A stretch of 64,000 nucleotides of DNA, taken from positions 9,132 to 73,131 of the IMG/VR virus record IMGVR_UViG_3300034150_000083. One strand, 5' to 3'. The stretch is from a virus. Lineage: Duplodnaviria > Caudoviricetes. The notes under the pieces are model-generated. The model searched no databases. It worked only from the letters and a program-made list of their open reading frames with translations, and was not told the DNA's origin. This document shows, in pieces, positions 1 to 9,599 of the stretch; the first letter of the stretch is position 1, and each line of letters begins with the position of its first letter. Position numbers and translations under genes: made by a program.

Positions 1-200
1 ATGTCGTCCATCGAGATCTGCGTGATCTCGGTCCCGCCGAAGGTTTCCTCGATCACCTGGCGCGCGCGCTCGGCGCGCTTGGCGTCCCGGTCTCTCTCTT
101 GCTTGGTCATGCTACCTCCTGAATCAAACATCGCCAGCGTGATCCGGCAGATGATCAGCATCAGACTCTGGCGCGCGTCCATCTGTACAACCGTCGTCAT
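1..200 (-). CDS. Hypothetical early protein, 5' part; runs off the left end and appears to continue at 64000->63823
   Basis: ATG at 200 overlaps the stop of the upstream ORF (ATGA). A second in-frame ATG at 110 is preceded by AGGAGGT. No stop before base 1. Confidence 0.6.
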   Translation of the reverse strand, partial: MTTVVQMDARQSLMLIICRITLAMFDSGGSMTKQERDRDAKRAERARQVIEETFGGTEITQISMDD

Positions 201-478
201 TTGTTCTCCTGCTCCAGGAGGGGTTCGTCGCACTCGCAATACTGCTCGTCTTTCTGACACCGTACGCAGAAGCCGAACGGCTTCCGCATGACGCCGAGCG
301 GGTCCACGCCCTGCGTTGGCCGGATCCGGCAGCCGGGGCAATGCGCCTCGTGGATCTCGAGCTTGATAGTGTCCGCCACGTTTCCGATCTTACCCGGCTT
401 TGCGCAAAGCGGCAAGGGCGTGTTATCGTGAGTTGTCGCTTCACCTCGACATCGAGCGGCGTGTGCCACCATCGCCAA
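197..478 (-). CDS. Hypothetical protein with a C-terminal Cys cluster (true start may be ATG 289)
   Basis: C-terminal CVRC..CEC motif. The stop overlaps the next ATG. Confidence 0.4.
   Translation of the reverse strand: MAMVAHAARCRGEATTHDNTPLPLCAKPGKIGNVADTIKLEIHEAHCPGCRIRPTQGVDPLGVMRKPFGFCVRCQKDEQYCECDEPLLEQENK
397..429 (+). promoter_or_regulatory. Perfect palindrome GCTTTGCGCAAAGC overlapping a putative -35 (TTGCGC), with extended -10 TGtTATCGT
   Basis: Palindrome at 397-410, TTGCGC at 400-405, TATCGT at 424-429. Lies upstream of the rightward operon start at 532. Confidence 0.5.
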
Positions 479-531
479 TGCCGTCCGCGCCGCTCGTCCC
501 GTTCAAACAACGAAGGTGAACGGGAAAAGGG

Positions 532-894
532 GTGAAGGTGGCTCAGGTAAGACTCATCGTCGAGGAATTAAAGGGTGGGCCGGACCTGACTCTGGTCCTC
601 ACCGGAGACGAGGCGGTCCTCGCCGTGGGCATGCTGGCCAATTCGATCGCCCAGATCGACGCCATGCTCGTTCCGCTCCTGGACGAGTACGGCGATGACC
701 TCGACGAGCTGGAGCAGATGCTCGGCATGCTGCGCGAGACCGTGATCCGCACCGACCGATTGATCGCCAAGTTCCCCGACTCGCCCGCCAAAGTGCCCTA
801 TCACAAGGTGTCCACTGACGTGGGCGACAAACTCACCGCCATGCTGGCGACCTATCTGATGGTGCGCCGGGCCAAAGCCGCCCGGCAAAACTGA
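532..894 (+). CDS. Hypothetical protein
   Basis: GTG start after purine-rich GAAAAGGG. Stop is coupled to the next ATG. Natural helical composition. Confidence 0.7.
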   Translation: MKVAQVRLIVEELKGGPDLTLVLTGDEAVLAVGMLANSIAQIDAMLVPLLDEYGDDLDELEQMLGMLRETVIRTDRLIAKFPDSPAKVPYHKVSTDVGDKLTAMLATYLMVRRAKAARQN

Positions 895-1412
895 TGACCG
901 CCAACGATAAGTTGTTCCTCCAGGCGATCGGCATCAAGCCCGAGGAGATCGTGCCGGCGGCGGTCGCCGGCGCGCCGATGGCCTACGAGAAATGCCCCAA
1001 CTGCGGCCGGAACCGCCACCGCTTCATCGAGGACGGGTTCTGCTTCTGCCTTTCGTGCGCGGCGCGCGAACAGCGGGAAAAACGCTACGAGGCGGCGCTG
1101 GCCCGGGCCAATGCCGCCGCCGATCTGGACCGTCTGCATGTCAAGACCGTGGACGTTACCTACCGCGGCTTCCAGATCGCGCACCTCGACGGCGTGGGCT
1201 GGTGCTACCGCTGCCCGCCAGTCGAAATCTTCCGCCACTGGATGAAGGCCAACTCGTTTGAGGACGCCCAGCGCCGGGTCGACCGCATCGTCACCGCCGA
1301 GTCCAAGGAGTACGACGAGCCGATCGTCGCGCAGAACCAGTGCCGCGAGTGCGGCTCACCGTGCGGCCAGATGCGCTGGTGCGGGCCCTGCGGAAAGGCG
1401 AAGTTCCTATGA
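894..1412 (+). CDS. Hypothetical protein with two Zn-finger-like Cys clusters
   Basis: CPNC..CFCLSC and CRECGSPCGQMRWCGPC motifs; coupled to both neighbours. Confidence 0.7.
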   Translation: MTANDKLFLQAIGIKPEEIVPAAVAGAPMAYEKCPNCGRNRHRFIEDGFCFCLSCAAREQREKRYEAALARANAAADLDRLHVKTVDVTYRGFQIAHLDGVGWCYRCPPVEIFRHWMKANSFEDAQRRVDRIVTAESKEYDEPIVAQNQCRECGSPCGQMRWCGPCGKAKFL

Positions 1413-1747
1413 AAACCAACGGGGCCGACATGCAGATCGCCGAGTGGCGCGACCGCTACGACGAGATGAAGCACAGCGAACGGATGGCGGTGCGCGCCAA
1501 CATTGAGCTCCAGAAGGCGATCGGCAAGGAGCGCGATCAGGTGGAGCGGTTGCGCAACGCGCTCTTCGTGCTCAACGCGCGGTTCCATTCGGTCTGCAAC
1601 TCGATCGGCCCGCATGTGTCGGCTCTCTACCTGGAAGATCTCGCCGAAGTCAGAGCGCTTCTCGGGGGTGTTAGTATTTCTTCGAAGGAGCCAGCATGCC
1701 CTACGACACACCAGTCCAAGACGCCCCCGTCCAGGAAGAATACCTGA
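1409..1747 (+). CDS. Hypothetical coiled-coil protein
   Basis: ATG 1409 forms an ATGA overlap with the upstream stop; helical composition. Confidence 0.55.
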   Translation: MKTNGADMQIAEWRDRYDEMKHSERMAVRANIELQKAIGKERDQVERLRNALFVLNARFHSVCNSIGPHVSALYLEDLAEVRALLGGVSISSKEPACPTTHQSKTPPSRKNT

Positions 1748-2382
1748 ATCCCCCGGTAGTCACTCCCGTTGAAGTGACTCCCCTCGTCATCGAACCGCCC
1801 ACTGCCGAACAGTTGACCGTTTTGCTGACGGCCATCCGGAGGATCGCGCCCTTGAGCGCGCGGCGTGTCGTCGAAATCATCGATGCCTTCGCCCTGCACT
1901 ACTATCCCGATGGCTGGCCCGAGCCGGGTCCGCCCGAGCCGCCGCCCGATACGGTCATGAACAATTCGATCAGTTCGGCCTCGATCCTCACGCTCTCGAC
2001 GGTGCCCAAGGAAGTAGTGCCGCTGTTCCCCGCCGGCTCCGCGCTCGAATTCCGCGGGTGCGCGGTCACCTTCACGTTCGGCACGCTCCCGTATGTCGAC
2101 GCGGGCGGCTTGGCCGCTCTCCAGATGAAGATCGGCGACGTGGTGGTGTCCGAAGACCTCTCGTGCGGATTCATGTTGGGTTCGGCGAGTTCGACGGCGG
2201 CGTTTACCGCGCTCCCCGGCATCGCGCTCCAGCCCGATCTGCCGATGACGCTCGTCATGGTAGGCGGCACGCTGACCGGCGGCGATTCAAGCATGATGCT
2301 CGACATCACCTACGGCAAGCATCCGCCCTCCGGTGCTGCCGCCGCCGCCTCGATTCCTCCGTTTAAGTTTGGAGTTGAATAA
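1696..2382 (+). CDS. Hypothetical protein, beta-rich C-terminal half
   Basis: SD GAAGGAG before ATG; 228 aa. Confidence 0.7.
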   Translation: MPYDTPVQDAPVQEEYLNPPVVTPVEVTPLVIEPPTAEQLTVLLTAIRRIAPLSARRVVEIIDAFALHYYPDGWPEPGPPEPPPDTVMNNSISSASILTLSTVPKEVVPLFPAGSALEFRGCAVTFTFGTLPYVDAGGLAALQMKIGDVVVSEDLSCGFMLGSASSTAAFTALPGIALQPDLPMTLVMVGGTLTGGDSSMMLDITYGKHPPSGAAAAASIPPFKFGVE

Positions 2383-2591
2383 TGCCTGACGAAACTATCG
2401 AAGAAACCGTCCTCGTTGAAGAACGCGAAGTCCTGCCGCCGCCGACCATCGAGGAATTGCACACCTTCCTGCTCCAGGTGCGCGAGGCTGCTTATATCTC
2501 GGCGCTCCAGACCGCCGTCCTCATCGACGACTGGATGGCGAAGTATCCGCTCCCGCCGCCGCCCGAAGCAGACGAAGAAGCCGCGGCGTAA
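2382..2591 (+). CDS. Small acidic hypothetical protein
   Basis: TAATG coupling; SD GGAG. Confidence 0.6.
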   Translation: MPDETIEETVLVEEREVLPPPTIEELHTFLLQVREAAYISALQTAVLIDDWMAKYPLPPPPEADEEAAA

Positions 2592-2639
2592 CGATTCCGG
2601 CCGCTTAGGTTCCTTGTAGGGCCGGGCCAACACGCGAGG

Positions 2640-2671
2640 CGCGGCATGGTGTTCGGACGACCCATGCCGCG
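2640..2671. other. Stem-loop upstream of the terminase gene
   Basis: CGCGGCATGG (2640-2649) and CCATGCCGCG (2662-2671) form a perfect 10-bp inverted repeat. Confidence 0.55.
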
Positions 2672-2696
2672 TCGTTGGTCTTATACTCCCTTGTAA

Positions 2697-4673
2697 GTGG
2701 CACGTCCCAACAAACCCTCCCAACCTCAGCCGGAAATCCAGCTCACCTCCGAACAGGCCGCGCTCACGATCGGCTCCTACAACCGCACCAAATTCATCCA
2801 CAACGGGCAGCTCGTCTGGGAAGCCAATCCCGGCATGCAGGAGATGATCTTTTACTGGAGTAATCCGGAGGGCGTCGTCTTCCTCGACCCGGTCACCCAC
2901 GCGCCGCTGCCGCCCAACAAAAAATTCATTTGCGATGAGATCCTCGCCGGGGGCCCTCGCGGCGGGGGCAAGACCAGCGCCGGGATCGCGTGGGCCGCGC
3001 TCTATGTCCACGAACCGAAATACGTGGGCACGCTCCTTCGCTTAAGTAACGAAGCGATGAAAGAGACCATTGAAAAGGCCTGGTCGGTTTACAGGTTGAT
3101 GGGCGCGGTGAAGAAGGGGAATCCAACCAGTTTCATGTTCCCCACGGGGGCGATGATTTATACGGGTTATTTGAAGGACGATGCCTCATTCGAGCAATAC
3201 AGGGGGCACGAGTATCACCGCATCGTTATAGAAGAGGCCGAGCAGATCAAATCGGAAGCGCTCTATGCCGCCATTCTGAGCTCGAATCGCACGTCAGTGC
3301 CGGGCCTGCGGCCGCAGATCCTCCTGACCGCGAATCCCGATGGTCCCGGCGCGCACTGGCTCAAAGCAAGGTTCGTCAAAGTGCGCCGCCACGCCAACGG
3401 CGAACTGTTTCCTTACGGGACGCCCATCTTCGATCCGCACTCGCGGCGCGTGAAGATCTACCTGCACGGACCCTTGAAGGACAATCCGCAATTGCTCGCG
3501 CAGGACCCGCATTACGCCGATCGCCTCAACGATCCCTCGCATCCGGAGTCCCGCCGGCGCGCGTGGATCGACGGCGACTGGGACATAAGCGCCGGCATGT
3601 TCTATCCCAATTTCCGCCCGCGGCTGTTGTCGCAGGAAATGAAGGAATTTCCCGAGGCGTACCATGTGATCCCCTCGTACACGATCCCGGCCTGGTGCCA
3701 TCGCTGGATGAGTTGCGATTGGGGCCACAAGCATCACACGGCGGTCTATTGGTACGCACTCGCGCCGGACAAACGCATTCACGTCGAAGACGAGCTGGTG
3801 ATGGCGGGCCTCGGCGCCGATGAGCTTGGCGCGGAGATCGCCCGGCGCTCTCTCGCCATGCTCGAGCGCATGAAGGAGCCGCGCCTCCGCTGCTATCTCT
3901 CGCCCGATGCGTTTCAAGTTCGCGACAAAGATCACATGATCAGTGATCAGATCGCGTACGGCGTGCAACGGATCCTCGGCCCGGGCAGTTCAGTGATTAT
4001 GGAGTTCACGCCGCAGGAGCTGGCCATCTCGAAGCAGGATCCGCCGGGCGCGATGCGGATGCGGGAAGAGCGCCTCGCGCAATCCGACCTCGACGGGTCT
4101 TCGATCTGGTTCACGCGCGCCAACTCCGCGCGCGAGGCCGGGTGGGAATTCATCCGGGGCCTGTTCCGCTATCAGCCGCTCAGGCGCAAGGCTCAACCCG
4201 ACGAGCAGTTCGCCGAGATGATCATGCGAACCAAGGGGATCGTGGCCTACCAGAAGTACATGGACATGTTCAACGTCCAGCACGATGAAGTGCTGCCCCG
4301 GGTCCGGATCCATGACAAGTGCGCCATCCTCATTGAAACGATTCCGAAACTGATCTCGGATTACCCCAACAACCCGGAAGACGTGAAGAAGTTCGATTCG
4401 ACCGAGACGACGATCGGCGACGATCCGGCCGATTCGTTCCGCTACGGCTGTATGGGGTTCCGCGATCACGAGTCGAAAGTGCCGCGCGAGATCTATATCG
4501 GCGAGGAGATCGACCGGATCGCCGCGGCCAACGTGCAGGACCAGGACTACAACATGAAGATCATGATCGCCCAGCAGGCCCAGAGAAGATACGATAAGCA
4601 AAACAATGCCAGCGAGTCCTGTATTTTATGGCGTGACGCTATGCTACTGAGGAAAGGTCAGATCAACAAATGA
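2697..4673 (+). CDS. terL: Terminase large subunit
   Basis: Walker A GGPRGGGKT, Walker B RIVIEE, LTANPDG coupling motif, nuclease Asp in SCDWG, C-terminal DDPADSFRY; lies upstream of the portal gene. Confidence 0.93.
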   Translation: MARPNKPSQPQPEIQLTSEQAALTIGSYNRTKFIHNGQLVWEANPGMQEMIFYWSNPEGVVFLDPVTHAPLPPNKKFICDEILAGGPRGGGKTSAGIAWAALYVHEPKYVGTLLRLSNEAMKETIEKAWSVYRLMGAVKKGNPTSFMFPTGAMIYTGYLKDDASFEQYRGHEYHRIVIEEAEQIKSEALYAAILSSNRTSVPGLRPQILLTANPDGPGAHWLKARFVKVRRHANGELFPYGTPIFDPHSRRVKIYLHGPLKDNPQLLAQDPHYADRLNDPSHPESRRRAWIDGDWDISAGMFYPNFRPRLLSQEMKEFPEAYHVIPSYTIPAWCHRWMSCDWGHKHHTAVYWYALAPDKRIHVEDELVMAGLGADELGAEIARRSLAMLERMKEPRLRCYLSPDAFQVRDKDHMISDQIAYGVQRILGPGSSVIMEFTPQELAISKQDPPGAMRMREERLAQSDLDGSSIWFTRANSAREAGWEFIRGLFRYQPLRRKAQPDEQFAEMIMRTKGIVAYQKYMDMFNVQHDEVLPRVRIHDKCAILIETIPKLISDYPNNPEDVKKFDSTETTIGDDPADSFRYGCMGFRDHESKVPREIYIGEEIDRIAAANVQDQDYNMKIMIAQQAQRRYDKQNNASESCILWRDAMLLRKGQINK

Positions 4674-5026
4674 GTCCTTCCATGGAAGAATTGGGCGCGG
4701 CCCCCGCTTCGCTCGAAGAAGAAGCCGCCCCGATCGGGCGCTCTACCGCCGCCGGCCCGGTCCCGAAAACGGGCGGAACCTCGGTCACTCACGAGTCGGT
4801 CAACTACACCTCGGCGGCCGAGCGCTGCGAGACCTGCGAATACTTCGACGAGAACGCCTTCATGTGCAAGAAGCACAAGTTCGATGCCGAGCCGCAGGGA
4901 CACTGCGACAGTTTCGAAGTGATGGGCGGCGAGGGCGGCTCCGAGCTTCCCGAAGGCGAGGGCGAAGAGGATATGGCTGACCTCGAGGAAGAACCCGAAG
5001 AGCTGGAAGAGGAAGAAGCGTACTGA
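4670..5026 (+). CDS. Small acidic protein with a HiPIP-like Cys4 motif
   Basis: SVNY..CETCEYF..C..PQGHCDSF resembles HiPIP Cys spacing; E-rich tail. Confidence 0.6.
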   Translation: MSPSMEELGAAPASLEEEAAPIGRSTAAGPVPKTGGTSVTHESVNYTSAAERCETCEYFDENAFMCKKHKFDAEPQGHCDSFEVMGGEGGSELPEGEGEEDMADLEEEPEELEEEEAY

Positions 5027-5031
5027 CCGCC

Positions 5032-5424
5032 ATGCGCCCCGGCCTCTGGTCCTCGTTCCTCATGTGGATACCCGGCGTGCGCCAGGCGTTCGACACCGCC
5101 AACGAGAAGGCGCTCGAGGCGGCGCGGTTCCAGGGCGAAATACTCGCCATGCGTGCAAGACTCGAAGCGTTAGAGACCGAACGGATCGACTTGAACCGGG
5201 AGAAGGACGCCGCCTACAAGCTCGTGATCAACATATTCTCCCAATATTCCTGGGGGAAGAAGCAGTTCGAGGATATCGGCGGCATGCCCCCGCAGTTCCA
5301 CCCGCAGGGCGGCGCGATCGAGGGCGACACCGTCAACGCCTCGACGCTGATGGCGCGCCTGAAGGGCAAGGCTTTCGAGGACTTCTACCGCGAGATGGAC
5401 GCCATGAACGCAGGGAGCGACTAG
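5032..5424 (+). CDS. Hypothetical coiled-coil protein
   Basis: Tightly packed ORF between terL and portal. Confidence 0.7.
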   Translation: MRPGLWSSFLMWIPGVRQAFDTANEKALEAARFQGEILAMRARLEALETERIDLNREKDAAYKLVINIFSQYSWGKKQFEDIGGMPPQFHPQGGAIEGDTVNASTLMARLKGKAFEDFYREMDAMNAGSD

Positions 5425-5835
5425 ATGGCAGACTACAACGGACGGCCCATTACACGCTACGGATCGCCAGCGACCAAGTTCAACACGCCGCTCTCGTTCG
5501 ACGAGGAGTTGAAATTCCAGAAGCACAAAGAGAAGTACTCGCCGCGCGATTCCGGAGAAGATTACGACGAACGCGGCGCTTGGCTCGCTGGCCAGCAATC
5601 CGATCAGACCAAGGGCGAGCACGGTTCCGACCGCTGGAAGAAGCCTAACCATCCCACGCAGTCCGACGAGAGCATCTATGCCGGACATGGGCCCGCCGGC
5701 AAGTGGCTGCCCGAGGGCGGATACGTGCCGCACGGCGGGCTGCTCAAAGCCAAGCTCCAGGACGACATCAAAGCCGCCGATCCGCGTACCGAGCCATCCA
5801 TGCGCGCCCGCAACGCTTGGGAGAGAGATAAGTGA
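5425..5835 (+). CDS. Hypothetical protein (YDERGAW..H..D..KKPNHPT.S.ES.Y motif)
   Basis: Abuts the upstream stop and overlaps the portal start (GTGA-type); conserved-looking His/Asp/Tyr residues. Confidence 0.7.
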   Translation: MADYNGRPITRYGSPATKFNTPLSFDEELKFQKHKEKYSPRDSGEDYDERGAWLAGQQSDQTKGEHGSDRWKKPNHPTQSDESIYAGHGPAGKWLPEGGYVPHGGLLKAKLQDDIKAADPRTEPSMRARNAWERDK

Positions 5836-8087
5836 TCGCCGATACCGATTCGAAAACAGTCATCACGCCCGCTGACTTCGTCAAGAGTTACTCAGGCCAG
5901 CTCGGCAAGTGGATCTTAGAAGACCTCGACCGCCCGCTCTCGGCCGCGCGCACCGCGCAACTGCTGAGAGCCAAGCGCGCCCTGTTCTATTGGGAAGGAA
6001 AACAGTACGGCCACCTCGCGTGGGACTCGCACATGGGGAGTTTCGATTGGGTGCCGATGGATTTTAAAGAGGAAACGCAAAGGGTTTTTTCGAACGTTTA
6101 CAACATCATCTTCTCCGATGGGCAGAAGTTCAACAGCCTCGTGGGCCAGCGCCGGCTGAATCAGAAAGCCGTGCCGGACGACTCGCAGAACAGTTCGCAG
6201 ACCGAGGTCGCCTCGAAGGCGAACACCATGGCGCGGCATCTGCTCAGATATTGGAAACTGCAGCGCCGGGCGCCGAATGAAATTGCCGAGGTCATGTGGA
6301 ACACCGGACCCTGCTACGGGTTCGTGGAGCATGTCATCGACGGGCGCAAACACGGCTATCACACCGAACCCGTGTACGGCATGGAAGAAGTCGCCGGCCC
6401 CGGCGAACTCATGTGCGTGACCTGCGGCGCGAAGTCTCCCGAAGGCAGCCCGCAGTGCATCAACTGCGGCGCGCCGCTCGATCCCGCCACTTCCCCGATG
6501 ATTCCAGGACCCCCGATCCAGCAGACCATCCAGCAGGGCGAGGAAATGTACGCCAAAGGGATGCCTGAGCTTGAGCTGCTCTCCTGCGTCCAGGTGATGA
6601 CGCCATATGAATGCAAATGGATCGACGACGACTGCGAGTGGCTCGACTACTCGTTCCCGCTGAGTAAGCAAAAAGCGAAGCTCGTCATGCAGCGGCTGAA
6701 TGCGGCCAAGAAGGACATGACGGCGATCTCGGACTGGGACTCGGACGAGAACGTGGCCGAAGCCGCCCGCATTCTCGAAGAAATTCAGAATCCGAACGAC
6801 CGCACCATCGATCGCGTGCAGGAAACGGTGTCGTACGGGCGAAGGTGGCTCAATCCCAAGGCGTACGACGGCATGCCGCGCGATATGCGCCGCGCCTGCG
6901 AGAAGATTTTCGAGGACGGCTGCGTCATTCACCGCATGGGCGGTCGCCCGGTGGCGGCGATGCCCGCGAAAATGACCGAGCACTGGAGTGTCTGCAAAAC
7001 GGGCACCAATGCGTATATCAACGGGCCGGGCCTCTGCCACAACATCATGGGCCAGCAGGACTCGATCAACAATTTCTGGAATTGCGCCGATGAGACGGTG
7101 ATGCGCGGCATCCCCAAACACATTGTCGACTCGCAGATCCTGAACCCCGAGACGGTCAAGAAATCCGGCAGCGTGGGCGAACTGCTGTTCACCAGGACGG
7201 GCGGCGTCGACCTGTCGAAGGCGTTCGTGACCATTCCCACCGCCGTGCTCCACAGCGGACTGATGCCCGTCGCGGAGATGATGCGCAACTACACGCGCGA
7301 AGCCGACAACATTCAGCCGGCCCTGTTCGGCGGCGGCGATCCCGCTCCGACCTGGCGCCAGGATCAGCAGCAAAAAGCCGGGGCGTTGCAGGGACTGCAG
7401 TTACCGTTTGAGTCGATGCAGGGATTCATCAGCGACATATTAGAGGATGGCGTGCGGCTCGGCGCGCGGCACGGCGTAGGCGAAGTGTCCGTGCCATCCA
7501 CCGGGTTCGGCGAAGTCGGCGAGTCGGTCGACATGGAGCAACTCGAAGAAGTGGGTTGGCATATCGAAGCCGCCGACACGGCGCCGCAATCGTTCAACGA
7601 GAAAGTCACGAAGTTGTCCGGCCTCGCGCAGGAAGCGCCGCAATTGGCCCAGTCGATTGGATTGGGCCATCCGATCAACGCGGCGCAGACGAAAACCTAC
7701 TTTGGGGTCGACGACTTTTACGCCCCGGGCGAATTCGTTTTCACCATGGTGATGAACCGCATCCAGCAGTTACTCGCCATGCCGCCGATCCCGCCGCCGA
7801 TCGATCCGAATACCGGCGCGCCCATGATCGACCCGGCAACCATGCAGCCGATGCCCGAGACCACTTCGATCCCGCCCGATCCATTCTTAGACCAGGATCA
7901 CGCGACCATCGCCACCATGATCCGCGAGTGGTGCATGAGTCCGGCGGGCCAGCAGGCCGAGCAGGACCCGGCGGTATTTTTCCAGAATGTGAAGCTCCAC
8001 GGCATGGCGCAGGACATGGCCGCGCAGGCCGCCATGATGGCGATGCAAGCGCCTCCGCCCGAAGAAGGCGCTGCCCCTCCGCAATAA
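5832..8087 (+). CDS. Portal protein with a Zn-ribbon insertion
   Basis: 751 aa between terL and scaffold/capsid; Q/P-rich P22-like C-terminus; internal CVTC..CINC. Confidence 0.8.
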   Translation: MIADTDSKTVITPADFVKSYSGQLGKWILEDLDRPLSAARTAQLLRAKRALFYWEGKQYGHLAWDSHMGSFDWVPMDFKEETQRVFSNVYNIIFSDGQKFNSLVGQRRLNQKAVPDDSQNSSQTEVASKANTMARHLLRYWKLQRRAPNEIAEVMWNTGPCYGFVEHVIDGRKHGYHTEPVYGMEEVAGPGELMCVTCGAKSPEGSPQCINCGAPLDPATSPMIPGPPIQQTIQQGEEMYAKGMPELELLSCVQVMTPYECKWIDDDCEWLDYSFPLSKQKAKLVMQRLNAAKKDMTAISDWDSDENVAEAARILEEIQNPNDRTIDRVQETVSYGRRWLNPKAYDGMPRDMRRACEKIFEDGCVIHRMGGRPVAAMPAKMTEHWSVCKTGTNAYINGPGLCHNIMGQQDSINNFWNCADETVMRGIPKHIVDSQILNPETVKKSGSVGELLFTRTGGVDLSKAFVTIPTAVLHSGLMPVAEMMRNYTREADNIQPALFGGGDPAPTWRQDQQQKAGALQGLQLPFESMQGFISDILEDGVRLGARHGVGEVSVPSTGFGEVGESVDMEQLEEVGWHIEAADTAPQSFNEKVTKLSGLAQEAPQLAQSIGLGHPINAAQTKTYFGVDDFYAPGEFVFTMVMNRIQQLLAMPPIPPPIDPNTGAPMIDPATMQPMPETTSIPPDPFLDQDHATIATMIREWCMSPAGQQAEQDPAVFFQNVKLHGMAQDMAAQAAMMAMQAPPPEEGAAPPQ

Positions 8088-8091
8088 TCTC

Positions 8092-8101
8092 GTGTTATAA
8101 A
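8092..8101 (+). promoter_or_regulatory. Possible extended -10 promoter (TGtTATAAA) for scaffold/capsid
   Basis: AT-rich island between the portal stop and scaffold ATG in a GC-rich genome. Confidence 0.35.
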
Positions 8102-8109
8102 TATCTGCA

Positions 8110-9543
8110 ATGGAAGACACCGGAGCCGTTGCCGCCGCGCCCGCCCCAGCGCCCGCGCCCGCCGCAGCGAGTATCAGCGCCGAGATCGACTCGTTATTCG
8201 CCGATGCCGGCAGTGAATCGACGCCTGTCGAAACCAGCGCTCCCGAGTCCACCACCACCGAAACCGCGCCGGCTGCGAATCCGCAGGACTCGACCGTCCA
8301 GCCGCCGTCGCCTGAAGATTTTGAACCCGAAGCGCCTACTCCCGCCGAAGAGGACGCGGTTCCTGCCGCCAAAGCCGAACCCGCGGTAGAGGCCGCTCCT
8401 CCGGTTTCCGACGAGGACCGCGAAGGCGAAGAGTACGAGGTCCGCGGCAAGAAGTGGATCCGGTATCCGGAGGCGCGCGGCAAGGAAGTGTACGCGGGCT
8501 ACCAAGCCGCCAAGACCTTATCGAAGGAACTGGGCCTGCCGGGTCCGGTGACGCCGGAAACCATCCGGACGCTGGCCTCGGACAAACAGCTCCTCGACTC
8601 GATCGACTTCGACGTGATGTCGAACGATCCGGCCGAGCAGGCCCGGGCGTTCCGTTACTTATTCGCGACCGCCAAGAAAGCTCACGATCAGGGACACGCC
8701 GGGCACAATCCGCACGCGACGATGGCCGATGCGCTGCTCTATGCCGCCTCGCAGGCCGCGCCGGACGTGATCGACGGACTCGAGCGCCGGATCACGCAGG
8801 AGACTTTCAACAGGCTTTATCAGAAGGCGGTCAACGCCGGGATCGAAACCGATGAAGGGCGGGCGCTCCTCTCTTCTGTCCAGCGCGCCGAGCAGGCGCT
8901 GACGGGCAACTTCCGCAAGAAGGCCGAACTGGCCCAGATGCAGAAGGTGAAGGTCGACCCGCTGGCCGAGCGCCAAGCGGCGCTCGACACCAAGGCCCGC
9001 GACATCGAAGCGTACGAGCAGAACCGAGCTCAGCAGGAGTGGGACGCTTGGGCCACCGGCACCAAAGCCTCGATCGAGAGCGGCCTGCAGGCGTCCATCT
9101 CCACGATCCTCAAGCCGGTTCTCGCTTCCCTCAAGAATTTTCCCGAGACGCAGAAGAACGTTGAATTACGCCTGCGTCAGGAATTGATCGACGCTTTCGT
9201 TTCCGACAAGCGATTTGCTGCGGAACGAGAGAAGTACTACAAGCAAGCCTCGATTGCCGGAACTGAACAGGTTCGGGATGGATGGCGCGCTCGCATCACA
9301 CAGATGTACACCGTCAAAGCCGATCAGGTGCTTCGTGAGAAGGCCCCGGCTATTCTAAGTGAGTCCGCTACCGCCGTAAAGGCAAAAAGCGATTCGACCC
9401 ACCGACGGTTGGCAAGCACGCAGCAGCTACGCGGAACGCCCGCCGGGGGCATTGCTCCCAACGGGACAGCGGCGCCATCACCGGGTAACGGTAAGTTCGA
9501 CTCCCGCTCCTGGGCGGCTGAGTTAGAATCCGCTTTCAACTAA
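8110..9543 (+). CDS. Capsid scaffolding protein
   Basis: Acidic A/P/E-rich disordered N-terminus, then long helices; directly upstream of the major capsid gene. Confidence 0.7.
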   Translation: MEDTGAVAAAPAPAPAPAAASISAEIDSLFADAGSESTPVETSAPESTTTETAPAANPQDSTVQPPSPEDFEPEAPTPAEEDAVPAAKAEPAVEAAPPVSDEDREGEEYEVRGKKWIRYPEARGKEVYAGYQAAKTLSKELGLPGPVTPETIRTLASDKQLLDSIDFDVMSNDPAEQARAFRYLFATAKKAHDQGHAGHNPHATMADALLYAASQAAPDVIDGLERRITQETFNRLYQKAVNAGIETDEGRALLSSVQRAEQALTGNFRKKAELAQMQKVKVDPLAERQAALDTKARDIEAYEQNRAQQEWDAWATGTKASIESGLQASISTILKPVLASLKNFPETQKNVELRLRQELIDAFVSDKRFAAEREKYYKQASIAGTEQVRDGWRARITQMYTVKADQVLREKAPAILSESATAVKAKSDSTHRRLASTQQLRGTPAGGIAPNGTAAPSPGNGKFDSRSWAAELESAFN

Positions 9544-9599
9544 CTGACGCCCTACATTTCGCGTGGCCTTGATTCTGACTCAACTCAGGGAGAGAAATC

